The notes beneath the pieces were generated by a model. The model was not told the origin of the DNA and made no database searches. It saw only the letters and a list, made by a program, of their open reading frames with translations. A stretch of 64,000 bases of DNA, taken from assembly GCF_006345805.1 (NCBI RefSeq), contig NC_043000.1, positions 77,686,001-77,750,000 of the forward strand, written 5' to 3'. The stretch is from Octopus sinensis. Taxonomy: Eukaryota. Shown piece after piece: positions 53,637 to 64,000 of the stretch; the stretch's first letter is position 1, and each line of letters starts with the position of its first letter. The position numbers and the translations under genes were made by a program.

Positions 53637-55395
53637 TAAACGGTAACCGTTCTCTGCAAAGAATGTTTGCTTTAAAACACAAGAACGCCGGTGATTATTC
53701 AAGTAATAATCATCTTTAAAAGTATGGCCGAGCGAGTTGTCTTCCTTCGCTTGGTAGCGAGGTTTTCCAATTTTCAAGTAAAAATTACCGAAAATGTGGA
53801 CAACTCACCACGGCTTCCCCACATGAGCCTCCTGGTTCATGTTAGTTCAAGAGAATTATAAATCTTTCTGCCAACCACAAATTACACAGTCTTGTTCCAT
53901 TGCGATAAGGTCCACAAGTTTCCAATAATTTCCTCCTGCTGTTAAAGGGCGGACAATCGTCCTTTAGGCGCCATCGATATCGAAAATGTTACTTGATAGG
54001 GAGTTAGTATATGCTAGACGAATTACCGACATAAGTGATAGAGAAATAGATATAATTATGTACGCTAGGAAAACGCTACTATTCAACAAAGATTCAACCT
54101 GGGTCAAACGAACTGACCCTGAGGGCTCATTCGACGTCGCTGATATTTGCGATCGTAAAGGGTTTTAATATTCTGGACACCCAAGGTAATAAATTACCCT
54201 CTGTTCACTTCGGCTTATATAGAGATGACGCCTATAGAGATGAGACCATACTTTAGATAAGCTTAGAAAAGACATCATACACAGCCTAAACGACCTCGGC
54301 ATTAAAATCATTGAAACTTACCTCACCTTGGTGAACTTCTTGGATGTTGCGCTTGATCTAGATAGTGACATCTACAGACCATACCGTAAACCGAATGATA
54401 GGATATCGTACATTAATACAGTCTCCTACCAGCCAGTCACCCATAGTGTGCAAAAATCTAATAAAAGGTATCAGTAAACGGATTTCGATCTTATCTTCAA
54501 ATAAAGATGTTTTTTTGACGCAGCGGCTCCCCCTTACAAATGAGGCGGTAGCGGCCAGCGAGTTCAAAGAGAATATAGTATATGTACCTGGATTGAGTAA
54601 CCATAAAAGGAAACGCCACCGCAAGATCTTATGGTTCGCTTCCCACTTCTCCCTAAACGTCCGGACATACATAGGTAAGATTGTGTTTTGGTTGATTGAT
54701 AAGCACGCGATTACACAAATATAGAAGGATTTTAACAGGCATACTTTAATAATCTCTTTTAGTTGTGCACCTAATATTAAGAATAAATTACTTAGCACTC
54801 CTAAACCACGGACATAGGCAGGTTTTTCATGCAGGATTAGAAATTAATGCCCAGTGGACGGCCGATGTAACACCGAGGTTACAGTGTACCAAGCAAAGGT
54901 AGCCTCTAACGGAAGCAGCACAAATATCAATAGCATAAATGCCAACACAGGGACATAAACTAAAATTTAAGTCGCATCTTGTGAATCCAGATTTAAAATT
55001 CGCCTGACCAATCACAGGGTCCCGGAAAGATGCAACACAACAACACTTGCAGCATACGTATGGCGCGTAAAGGACTTCAACAGCAGGTGCAAATTATTGG
55101 AAACTTGTGGATCCTATCGTAATGGAACAAGAATGGGTAAATTGTGTTTGGCAGAAAGGTTTATAATTCTCATGAACTCACATGAGCCATGAGGCTACCT
55201 TAACTCCAGGACAGAAGCCGTGGGGAGTTATCCACATTTTCGAAAACTTTTACTTCAAAATTGGAAAACCTAGCTATCAAGCGAAAGAAGACAACTTGCC
55301 CGGCTATATTTTTAAAGAGGATTATTTCTTGAACTATCACCGGCGTTCTTGTCTTTTAAAACAAACATTCTTTGCCAGAGAACGGTTACTGTTTA

Positions 55396-55456
55396 GAGAA
55401 ACTGAAGAGATGTCTAGTTCACTCTAGATATGAAACCAATGGTTTGTTATTTTCTA
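55396..55456 (+). ncRNA. Hammerhead motif (PLE C, sense), stem I disrupted by an insertion
   Basis: CTGAAGA at 55402-55408, GAAA at 55432-55435, ACCAATGGT stem III. Confidence 0.55.
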
Positions 55457-55535
55457 AACTTACGTTACACATACACAAATAAATATCTCTATATTTAATA
55501 GGGTATGCTCTTCTCCTGATTTATGATATTGTAAC

Positions 55536-55626
<91 letters not shown>

Positions 55627-56259
55627 CATACATATATTTTTTTAATATTATTAACGAATTGACCGCCACGCATCCATTTCCAAGTAAGTTTATCTTAACC
55701 CTTTTGATGCGACTCTACTCTCCACTGTTCTTCGCTAATTCCCTTTTCTCCCCTTCACCGTTTTCTATCTGTCTCTCTCCCCTCTTTCTCTTTTTCTCTC
55801 TCTCGTTGCTCACACGTGAACATCGTCCATCTTTATTTTCCTCACATGATCATCTTTCTTTTCTTGCACGACGTGCTGAGGACTGGACGACTTCTAGCTC
55901 TCTCCTGTCTTTTCTCTTTTGAAAGAATATTTCTCCCAGCGTTCACTATTTTCACTTCATTCTGGTCTAACGACCCTCCATGTTTTCGTTCGGTTTCCTT
56001 ATGTCTCCACTGTCCTGTTCTTGTTCCCAACTTTGATCCTCCATAAATCCAAAATTTCATTTTGGGAGTTATGGGAGTAACTGTCTTCGAAGACTCATAT
56101 TATCATTGAATGCTCGTAATGCGGAGTAGATAGAAGCCGACAACTGATGAAAGGTCATTCTTTGTGTCTTGTTTTCCACTTTATCTCTCGTTGTTTGCGC
56201 ATTTAACTCGATCGTTTTCGTACTTCATGTTGTTTACAGTCGGTGACGTCCTGTACTCA

Positions 56260-56287
56260 TATATCTATATCTATATATATATGTATA

Positions 56288-56341
<54 letters not shown>

Positions 56342-56449
56342 CAGTGTACATTTCAAGACGGTATTAAGAGGTATCCACCATAGGACTCCCTTACGCTAGA
56401 ATATATCTATATATATCTATATCTATATATATATGTATATGTGTGTGTG

Positions 56450-56495
<46 letters not shown>

Positions 56496-56552
56496 CAGTG
56501 TGCATTTCAAGACGGTATTAAGAGGTATCCACCATAGGACTCCCTTACGCTA
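56260..56552. repeat. Tandem duplication, period 154 bp
   Basis: Unique 62-mers at 56337-56398 and 56491-56552 with one difference. Confidence 0.9.
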
Positions 56553-56939
56553 AAAGGAACAGCTAAATTTCAAACCACTAATTAGGGATAAAATATCGAA
56601 GGGAATGAAAAATAAAAGCATTTACCATCTAGTTCCTGGACCATGGTGTCAGACTTTTTTTAGCAAATAAAATAATTTGCCAGGCGAAGTCTTCGTCAAC
56701 AGGTACGCCAAGATTAAACATATAAGTACGAGGCGAATCCAGCATGTGCCACTTGCTTATACATTCTAATTTTTCAAATCTAATGTGCAAGCGCAGTTTT
56801 TTGTCGGCAGCAAAAAAATGCCGGCAATTTCTTCGAACGATTTTCCAGAAATCATTATACATAATTAATAATATCAGGGTAATAAAGATTTTAGAAAGTT
56901 TTAGTAAAAATTTCTAAAATCTTTATTACTCTGATATTA

Positions 56940-56985
<46 letters not shown>

Positions 56986-57006
56986 TATGTATGTATGTAT
57001 GTATAT

Positions 57007-57074
<68 letters not shown>

Positions 57075-57129
57075 ATATTTGTTTTCATCTTCATCCCTCG
57101 TCCGTTCACTAATTGTCTGGAAAGCAAAG

Positions 57130-57282
57130 ACCATTAAAGTTTGGCACCACTGACGTCGGAATTCATTCCTACAGCTGAGTGAATTGGAGCAATGTGAAAT
57201 AAAGTGTCTTACTCCCGGGAATCGAACTCACTCACTTCCTCATGATTGTGAGCCTAATGCTCTAACCACTGAGCCATGTCCC

Positions 57283-57286
<4 letters not shown>
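57130..57286 (-). mobile_element. tRNA-derived SINE (different family)
   Basis: Minus strand tgaagggacatggctcagtggttagagcatt...gagttcgattcccggg. Confidence 0.7.
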
Positions 57287-57322
<36 letters not shown>

Positions 57323-57323
<1 letters not shown>

Positions 57324-57692
57324 AAATGGATAAATGAATTATCTTGTAACGGATTATTCAAATTATAACCGATACCTGGGTAGCAAAAATCACAACAGAA
57401 AAATCACGGTTGGGGTATCGCAACCGTGCCTTAGTGCGGATAATTGTAGTTTTATATATTTAGTGAGGGAAGAAATGGAGCTGGACGAAGATTTTACAAA
57501 ATTCCTTTTTATTATTTTCTACATATGTTTCAAAGGCTGCAAAGTCCCTAATTCAGATTGAATAAGGAGACCATTTTGCAGCTTTCTCTTCGGGAAAATC
57601 CAGGGACTTAAATCTCCAAACAAATGCGCAGCAAGCTTTTCGACAAACGCTCTCTAGGAGCCCATGAATGGCACAAAACTGTCTCTCACTAA

Positions 57693-57700
<8 letters not shown>
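57323..57700 (-). mobile_element. Solo PLE B terminal repeat between (TA)n tracts
   Basis: High similarity to 52960-53340; hammerhead at 57514-57599 with core CCGAAGA and perfect ACATATGT. Confidence 0.88.
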
Positions 57701-57724
<24 letters not shown>

Positions 57725-59262
57725 TACACATGTGACCGTAACGGATTCCTGCATTCCAGAGGTGAAAAGTTATATTTGTCTTCGGCTTTAGAGTCTGACG
57801 AGACGTCCATAGAGTTAAGCCCTTTGTAAATGAAAGACGATTGGTCACTCTCACTGGTTATTCCACAAACACCGGTATCATAATGGAACAATCATTGTAT
57901 GACCATATGTAGTTACAGTTTGAGCTACAATGTGTAACCATTGAATTACAAGTATAAAGCAGCTGATGAGATTCCATACAGTTTCCATTTATCTGATTTC
58001 ACTCACAATTGATATGAGGTTATGAATACAAAATATAACAGTCTTCGTTGCTATGTGATACCCACCTAGTACCTCATATTGTGGTAGTGATGTAGTTGTT
58101 GCGGTTGTGATGGGAGTATTACCAGCGGTGTTATTATTGATTTGCTATTGTGCTGTTTTTGTTAGTATCTCTGATGACATTGATGTAGCTTAGAATAATG
58201 TCTTAATGAGAATGATGGACTGGCTTCAGGGAGATTTAGCTACTATTTATAACACCTTGAATGACTCTTCTTTGTATGTATGCGTGACAGTAGTTGTGTT
58301 TCTTGTAAATAGCTATGTAGGCTATACAACTATACATAAATAAACACTGCATGCACATGCACACACATACACACATATATAAATCTGTACACCGAATTAT
58401 TCTGTTTGATACATTTACAGTGTCAGCGTAGAAGCAATATATATGTGCCTGTGTGAGTGTATACATGTATACACGCATATATGCATAAATGCATATATAC
58501 GCTTAGAGGCACACACACGCACACATACGTATACACGTATATATGTCTTCGTATATATGCATACGTGCATGTGCTAGCACCTTTAAGCTATATTGATGTT
58601 AGAAGCCCAAGAAACTTACATCGTAATGGTAGGTCTGAACAGTTTACTGAGATAGAACGAAAACGGCTTCGATTAAGAACGTTGAAGACAATTTCACAAG
58701 GTTGCTGTAAAATGGCAAAGAGATGGAACAAAAATCAATAAGGTTGAAATGAACTGCGCAATCAATAGATCAATATCTGTCACATCTATAATATCTAAAG
58801 CGAAGTAGTAATGAAAACGAGGGAAGAATATTCAATTTTCCTTCAATTAAATTGATTATACAGTGTTTCCATTGTCATGTCTACTTAAGATCAATGTTAT
58901 TGTAAGATACTTAGTGGACACAAATCTGTTGTAGACGCTAGTGACTTTGTAAAATAGAGTTGTTAGTTGTAATGGTGATTTTAGATAGACTCAATGGCGA
59001 CAGATTACATGTGTGCTTATGACGTTTATTTTATATAATGTGGCACCAGATCGAGACCATACACGTTAGACAGGCGTATACTTTTATAACCTCGATTTCT
59101 CCAATGCCTGCGATGGGAATTTGTGAAATTGTAACTGTAGAAGCCATTCATCGTTCCTTTTTCACCCACTCTCTCTCTCTTTCTCGCTCTCTCTCTTTAT
59201 ACTTATATATGTGAATGTGCATAAATATGTATGTATTCACATTTGTATATATATATGTATGA

Positions 59263-59330
<68 letters not shown>

Positions 59331-59394
59331 GTCTGTGTGTACATATACATGTGTATGTATGTATATGTGTGTGTATGTGTATGTACATGTATAT

Positions 59395-59545
59395 GTATGA
59401 GTAGCTGTGTGGTAAGACGATTGCTTCTCAACCATAAGGTTGCGGGTTGAGTCCTTCTGCGTGGCAACTTGGACAAGTGCCTTCTACTATAGTCTCGGCG
59501 AGTAGATTTGGTTGACGAAAACCGAAAGAAGCCCGTTGTATACAT
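59395..59545 (+). mobile_element. tRNA-derived SINE, decayed
   Basis: agctgtgtggtaag...ttggacaagtgccttctactatag. Confidence 0.7.
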
Positions 59546-59548
59546 ATA

Positions 59549-60817
59549 TATAGTGGTTGGACGAAATAATAGATACAACTTAAAATTTCAAACAATTTTA
59601 TTTTAATATGGGGTACGACCACCTTTGGCAGTAATTACAGCTTGAATTCTACGAGGTATGGACTCGTATAAAGTTTGAATTGTCTCCAAAGGAATTTTTG
59701 TCCATTCTTCAGCTAAAACAGTCTTCAGTTCTTGTAATGATGATGGTGGAGGATATCGACTCCTTACTTGTTTTTCTAAAATGCAACATAAATGTTCAAT
59801 AATATTGAGATCAGAGGTCTGTGGTGGCCAGATAACATGTTCAACTTCACTAGAATGTTCCGTGTGCCATTCAGAAACAACTTTAGCTGTGTGAATTGGT
59901 ACATTATTATCCTGAATGATTGTGTTTCCCTCGGAAAAAGTTCCGCAACCATAGGATAAATTTGATCTGGCAAAATCCTTAAATAGTCTTGACTATTAAT
60001 TCTCCCATGAAGGGAAACCATTTGGCCGGCGGATTTCCAAGATATAGCCCCTTTCCCCGATCATCACAGATCCTCCTCCATGCTTAACAGTTGGAAGAAG
60101 GCAGTCTAGGTCTTTTGGCTGTCTCCACACGTATACTCGGCCGGTGGTCGGTAATAAGGTAAAGGATGACTCGTCCGAGAAAATAACATTCTTCTACTGC
60201 TCTAGGGACCAATTCTGTAGGTTTTTACTCCTCTCTAAACGCTTTGCAACGTTTATTTTTGAAAGTAGTGGCTTTCTGATTGCAGCCCTCCCGTGAAATC
60301 TGGCTTTGTGCAGCTCCCGGCGAACAGTTTATGTAGAAACTGGGTTCTCGAGGTGGTCATTAAGCACTGCAGTAATTTTGGGAGCTGTACTTTTGTGATC
60401 ATTTCTAACAATTCGCATTAGATAGGGACTGTCGGATTCTTATCCGACAGTCCCTATCTGGAAGTTTTGGTTTTCGTTCGGAGATTTGTTTCGACTAGGA
60501 GGTTCTTCCCTCTTTCTCAAAGGCTGTCATTACTTTCAAGACAGTATATTTTGATACAACAAGCATTTCGGCAGTTTTCGTTACGCTAGGGTCATACGAG
60601 CACGAACTGTTTGACCTCGTTGAAAGTCCGATAGATCTGCTATTTTAATGAATTTTAATTACCTTATTCTGATGCTATCTGAAAAGAAACAGTAATGTTA
60701 GCAAAACATATTAAGCAACACTAATAATACATCAAAAAACAGAAATAAACAAGCATTGACGGTTTTACAGATATTTCAAAATTATGATGGTAGGTGTTTC
60801 CATTTTTTGTCCAACTC

Positions 60818-60822
<5 letters not shown>
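59549..60822 (-). mobile_element. Tc1-like DNA transposon, full span, transposase disrupted
   Basis: Imperfect TIRs at 59549-59580 and 60792-60822 (TACAGGAGTTGGACAAAA-type) with TA ends; ADLSDFQRGQ N-terminus near 60640; WPPQTSDLNIIE and AKGGRTPY C-terminus. Confidence 0.88.
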
Positions 60823-60875
<53 letters not shown>

Positions 60876-60879
60876 TATA

Positions 60880-61222
60880 ATGTAGGATAAATTTCGAAAA
60901 AAATTCTTAGAGTATTTCTATTTTGGATGTATTTGGGGTACTTAATTGTACTCATGACTTAGTGTTTGCTTCTTCCATGGGTATGAGTAAGTATTTCATT
61001 TATTTCTTTTGCCACATGTCTCACTGACGAAGGGAGGGCTGTTATAAGCTAACCCCGAAATCGGTCCGATATGGTAATGATGGAATTTTTTAGAAATTTC
61101 TGTCCACCTTTTTTCAAGTAGCGTGCGTATTGTGAAAAAATTATATGGTTAATGGACAATATGTCCAATTTTTCGGCATATTTGACATTAGAAATTTTTT
61201 CGTTTGCCCTTATTTATGAATT

Positions 61223-61228
<6 letters not shown>
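60880..61228 (+). mobile_element. Solo PLE-like terminal repeat with degenerate hammerhead
   Basis: CTGACGA (61024-61030), GGG...CCC stem II, GAAA (61057-61060), TCGGT-C; (TA)n on both sides. Confidence 0.55.
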
Positions 61229-61295
<67 letters not shown>

Positions 61296-61299
61296 ATAT

Positions 61300-63100
61300 A
61301 TATAAAGGGAAAGTTTACGAAAATAAATAAAAGGCGAAGGCAGGTGTGTACAAACAAACAAATGTATTAGTATAGCGCTCAGGAATAGAAAAAGTCTTTT
61401 AGGTTTCGAGCCTACGCTCTTCCACAGAAACATACACAGAAAAAAAAAACAAGGAGAGAAACAAGCAGAGAAAAACAATGCGTGTAGTAGCTAACGATCT
61501 ATCATGGCGTCTGACTTCGGACAGAATGGTCAGACGCGAGAGGGACAGTAGGGGAGATAATAGGGTCAAGTGACTTCCAGTACGAAGAAGGCCCCAATAC
61601 AAAGGTGCGTGTGTGTATAAGAGAGTATGTATGTGCGTGTAAAAGAGGGCTGGTGGTCTGGACGTGTGTGTGTATGTATGTGTGGGTGTGGAGATGTGGG
61701 GATAGGTGTGTGGGTGGTGTGTTGTGGTGTGATGTGTGTATGTATGTGTAGGTGTAAAGATGCGGGAATGGGTGTGTGGGTGGTGTGTTGTGGGTGTATG
61801 GGTGGTGTGGTGTGATGTGATGTGTAACGTTGTATGGTGTAGTGTGGTGTGGTATGATGTTGTGGGGAGGTGGGAGGCGTGTGATATTGTAGGGTGTAGT
61901 GTAGTGTAGTGTGCTGTGATGTTGTGGGGAGGTGGGGGACGCGAGAGTGGGGAAAGCACAGGTGGGGTGTGGGTTAGGCTGGGGGTTGTGGGTAGGTGGA
62001 GGGTGGGGTTAGAGGTGAGGTATGTGGGGAGGGGTGTGGGATAGGGGTGAGGTATGTGGGGGAGATGGGAAGGATGGGAAAGATAGGGAAGGTGGAGTAG
62101 GGGTGGGTGGATGGGTTTATGGGGGAGGGCAAGGTGGGTATGTGAGGCGAGAGAGGAGGAGAGAAGAGGAAATAAGGGGAGAAGAGGAGAGAGAGGAGGA
62201 GAGAAGAGTGGGAGGAGGAGGAGGGGAGGGAAGAGAGAAGAGAGGGGGAGAAGGGGAGGAAAGAAAAGAGGAGGGGAGGGGGACGAAGAGAAGAAAGAAA
62301 GAGGAAGAAAGAAGAGTGGAGGGGGAGAGAGAAGAGAGGGAGGGGGAGAGAGGGGAGAAGGAGAGGGAGGGAGCAGAGAGAAAGAGAGAAGGGAGAAGAG
62401 GGTAGAGGGAAAAGAGGGAAGAAGAGGGAAAGAGAGTAGGGGCGAAAAGATGTAGGAGTGAAGAGAAGTAGGAGTCGGGGAGGAGGTTAGAGGAAAAAGG
62501 GGGGAGGTTAGATGAAAAAAAAGGTGAGAGACGGGAGGTAGATGAAACGGGGTGGTGAGTTGAGCCCAAATGGCGTAAAAGAGCGAAGAGAGAAGATTAA
62601 TCCCTGTTCATAGCGAAAGCGGGAGTCCGGATGGCCTCTGTGCAAGGACAATTCGAACACAGATATATGTTGCAATGAGTGACCAGTGGAGCGGAAATGG
62701 CGTCAGACTGGAGTGTCATTGCCGGGGCGGATTTCTCGGAGTTGTTCCACGAACCGGTCAGCCAAGCGGCGTCCCGTTTGTCCGATGTACAGGGAATGGT
62801 AGAGAGAGCAGGAGATGCAGGTGAAGGAGTCGATGATGTGATAGGGTATTTGATGGGTGCCGGTGAGGAGGGTGGTGTTGGAGAGGTAAGAGCAAGTGTA
62901 GTAGCGTGGGCTGGAGCAGGGGAACGAGCCAGGTTGGGAGGTAGGGTTGGGGATGAAGCTGTGGACAAAGAGGTCTCGTAGGTTATGGGCTCGTTTGAAG
63001 GAGGGGAGGGGTCGGTTAGGGAAGATATGTGAAGTGGCCGGATCGGAATGGAGATGCCGGAAAGCTCGAAGAATGGTGCGTTGGAGAGGTAGGGTGGTGA
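61300..63100 (-). mobile_element. Neptune-like PLE, 5'-truncated, with low-complexity spacer and pLTR
   Basis: 62560-63100 is a reverse-complement homolog of 36390-36957; GA-rich then GT-rich spacer; pLTR similar to about 37530-37755 with a CUGUGGA hammerhead at about 61398-61430. Confidence 0.88.
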
Positions 63101-63109
63101 GGGGGGAAA

Positions 63110-63298
63110 GATATGTGTGTGCGTGTGTGTCTGCGTGCGTGTGACCTTGTGTTTACTTCCTCGTAACTTAGCGGTTCGGCTAAAGTTAGCGATGGAATAA
63201 AGTACTAGGATTACAAAGAATAAGTCCTGGTGTTAATTTGTTCGACTATAGGTGATGCTCCAGCATAGCCGCAGTCAAAAAACTGAAGCAAGTAAAGG

Positions 63299-63339
<41 letters not shown>

Positions 63340-63690
63340 TTCCGAGTTCATTCCCACTGCGTGGCACCTTGGGCAAGTGTCTTCTACTATGGCCTCGTGT
63401 CGACCAAAGACTGGTGAGTGGATTTGGTAGACGGAAACTGAAGGAAGCCCGTCGTATTTACGTATATATATATATGTGCGTATGTGCGTGTATATGTTTG
63501 TGTGTCTGTGTTTGTCTCCCCATCATCACTTGACAACCGATGGTGGTGTGTAACTTAGCGGTTCAGCAAATGAGAAGATAGAATAAGTACTAGGCTTACA
63601 AAGTATAAGTTCTGGGTTCGATTTGCTCGACCATAGCCGGTGCTCCAGCATGGCCGCAGTCAAATGACTGAAACAAGTAAATGAGAATAT
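63110..63690 (+). mobile_element. tRNA-derived SINE pieces in tandem
   Basis: Tail at 63130-63295, then head-core-tail at about 63335-63685 of the 8953 family. Confidence 0.75.
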
Positions 63691-63740
63691 ATCTACACAC
63701 ACAAACACACACATACATACATATATACATACACACATAC

Positions 63741-63771
<31 letters not shown>

Positions 63772-63772
63772 C

Positions 63773-63803
<31 letters not shown>

Positions 63804-63818
63804 CATACATACATACAT

Positions 63819-63850
<32 letters not shown>

Positions 63851-63852
<2 letters not shown>

Positions 63853-64000
63853 AGGTGCAATGGCCCGGTTGTTAGGGCAGTGGACTCGCGGTCGTAGGAT
63901 CGCGGTTTCGATTCCCAGACCGGGCGTTGTGAGTGTTTATTGAGCGAAAACACCTAAAAGCTCCACGATGCTCCGGCAGGGCGTGGTGGCGATCCCTGCT
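63851..64000 (+). mobile_element. tRNA-derived SINE head, runs off the window
   Basis: ggaggtgcaatggcccggttgttagggcagtggactcgcggtcgtaggatcgcggtttcgattcccagacc followed by non-tRNA sequence. Confidence 0.7.

Larger units (their letters stand above)
53561..55476 (+). mobile_element. Naiad-like PLE C, decayed, with an inverted 5' arm of ~390 bp
   Basis: GLYRDD, FLDVALDL, RPYRKPND, ILWFASHFS, CPVDGRC...VYQAKV; 53561-53947 is an inverted, diverged copy of 55074-55476. Confidence 0.85.

Noticed and set aside
56110-56160. Circularly permuted (type II) hammerhead around CTGATGA at about 56142
   Set aside because: The GAAA is mutated and I could not form stem III, the cleavage triplet and stem I between the core halves.
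61505-61540. ggcgtctgacttcgga resembles a tRNA-Arg(TCG) anticodon arm
   Set aside because: No D or T arm. It is better explained as the reverse complement of a decayed hammerhead-like hairpin homologous to about 37515-37555.
63851-63925. Possible tRNA genes (also near 8953-9025 and 57215-57286)
   Set aside because: They have A/B-box-like motifs but no clean cloverleaf, and each continues into a multicopy SINE body.

Overview
AT-rich eukaryotic DNA that is almost entirely transposable elements and microsatellites. It is most likely from an octopus; this is inferred from my recognition of the tRNA-derived SINE families and the extreme (TA)n/(CA)n/(ATT)n density, not from a database search. I found no supported host gene exon, rRNA, real tRNA or CRISPR array. 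The left part (1-23 kb) holds R4/Dong-like LINEs arrayed head-to-tail in (TAA)n tracts, a young nested CR1-type LINE interrupted by a 503-bp copy of nearby DNA, a mariner, MITE-like inverted repeats and SINEs. The middle has an RTE/BovB-like LINE. The right part (27-63 kb) is a dense cluster of Penelope-like elements (PLEs) of Neptune-, Naiad- and Penelope-like types, mostly bounded by (TA)n. Reading the DNA directly shows about 15 hammerhead ribozyme (HHR) motifs of several families in the PLE terminal repeats. At least four PLEs carry an inverted copy of their 3' end at their 5' end. The best leads are: (i) a very young Naiad-like PLE (50720-53340) whose GIY-YIG endonuclease lacks the usual upstream Cys knuckle and has a ~150-aa Asn/Ser-rich linker instead; (ii) two head-to-head PLE families whose long-stem-II hammerheads share the same palindromic stem III; (iii) a non-canonical CUGU-N-GA hammerhead core seen in two separate copies; (iv) a near-perfect 256-bp foldback. 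All ribozyme folds were done by eye and none is shown to be active. Element boundaries are approximate unless a TSD or repeat end is stated.
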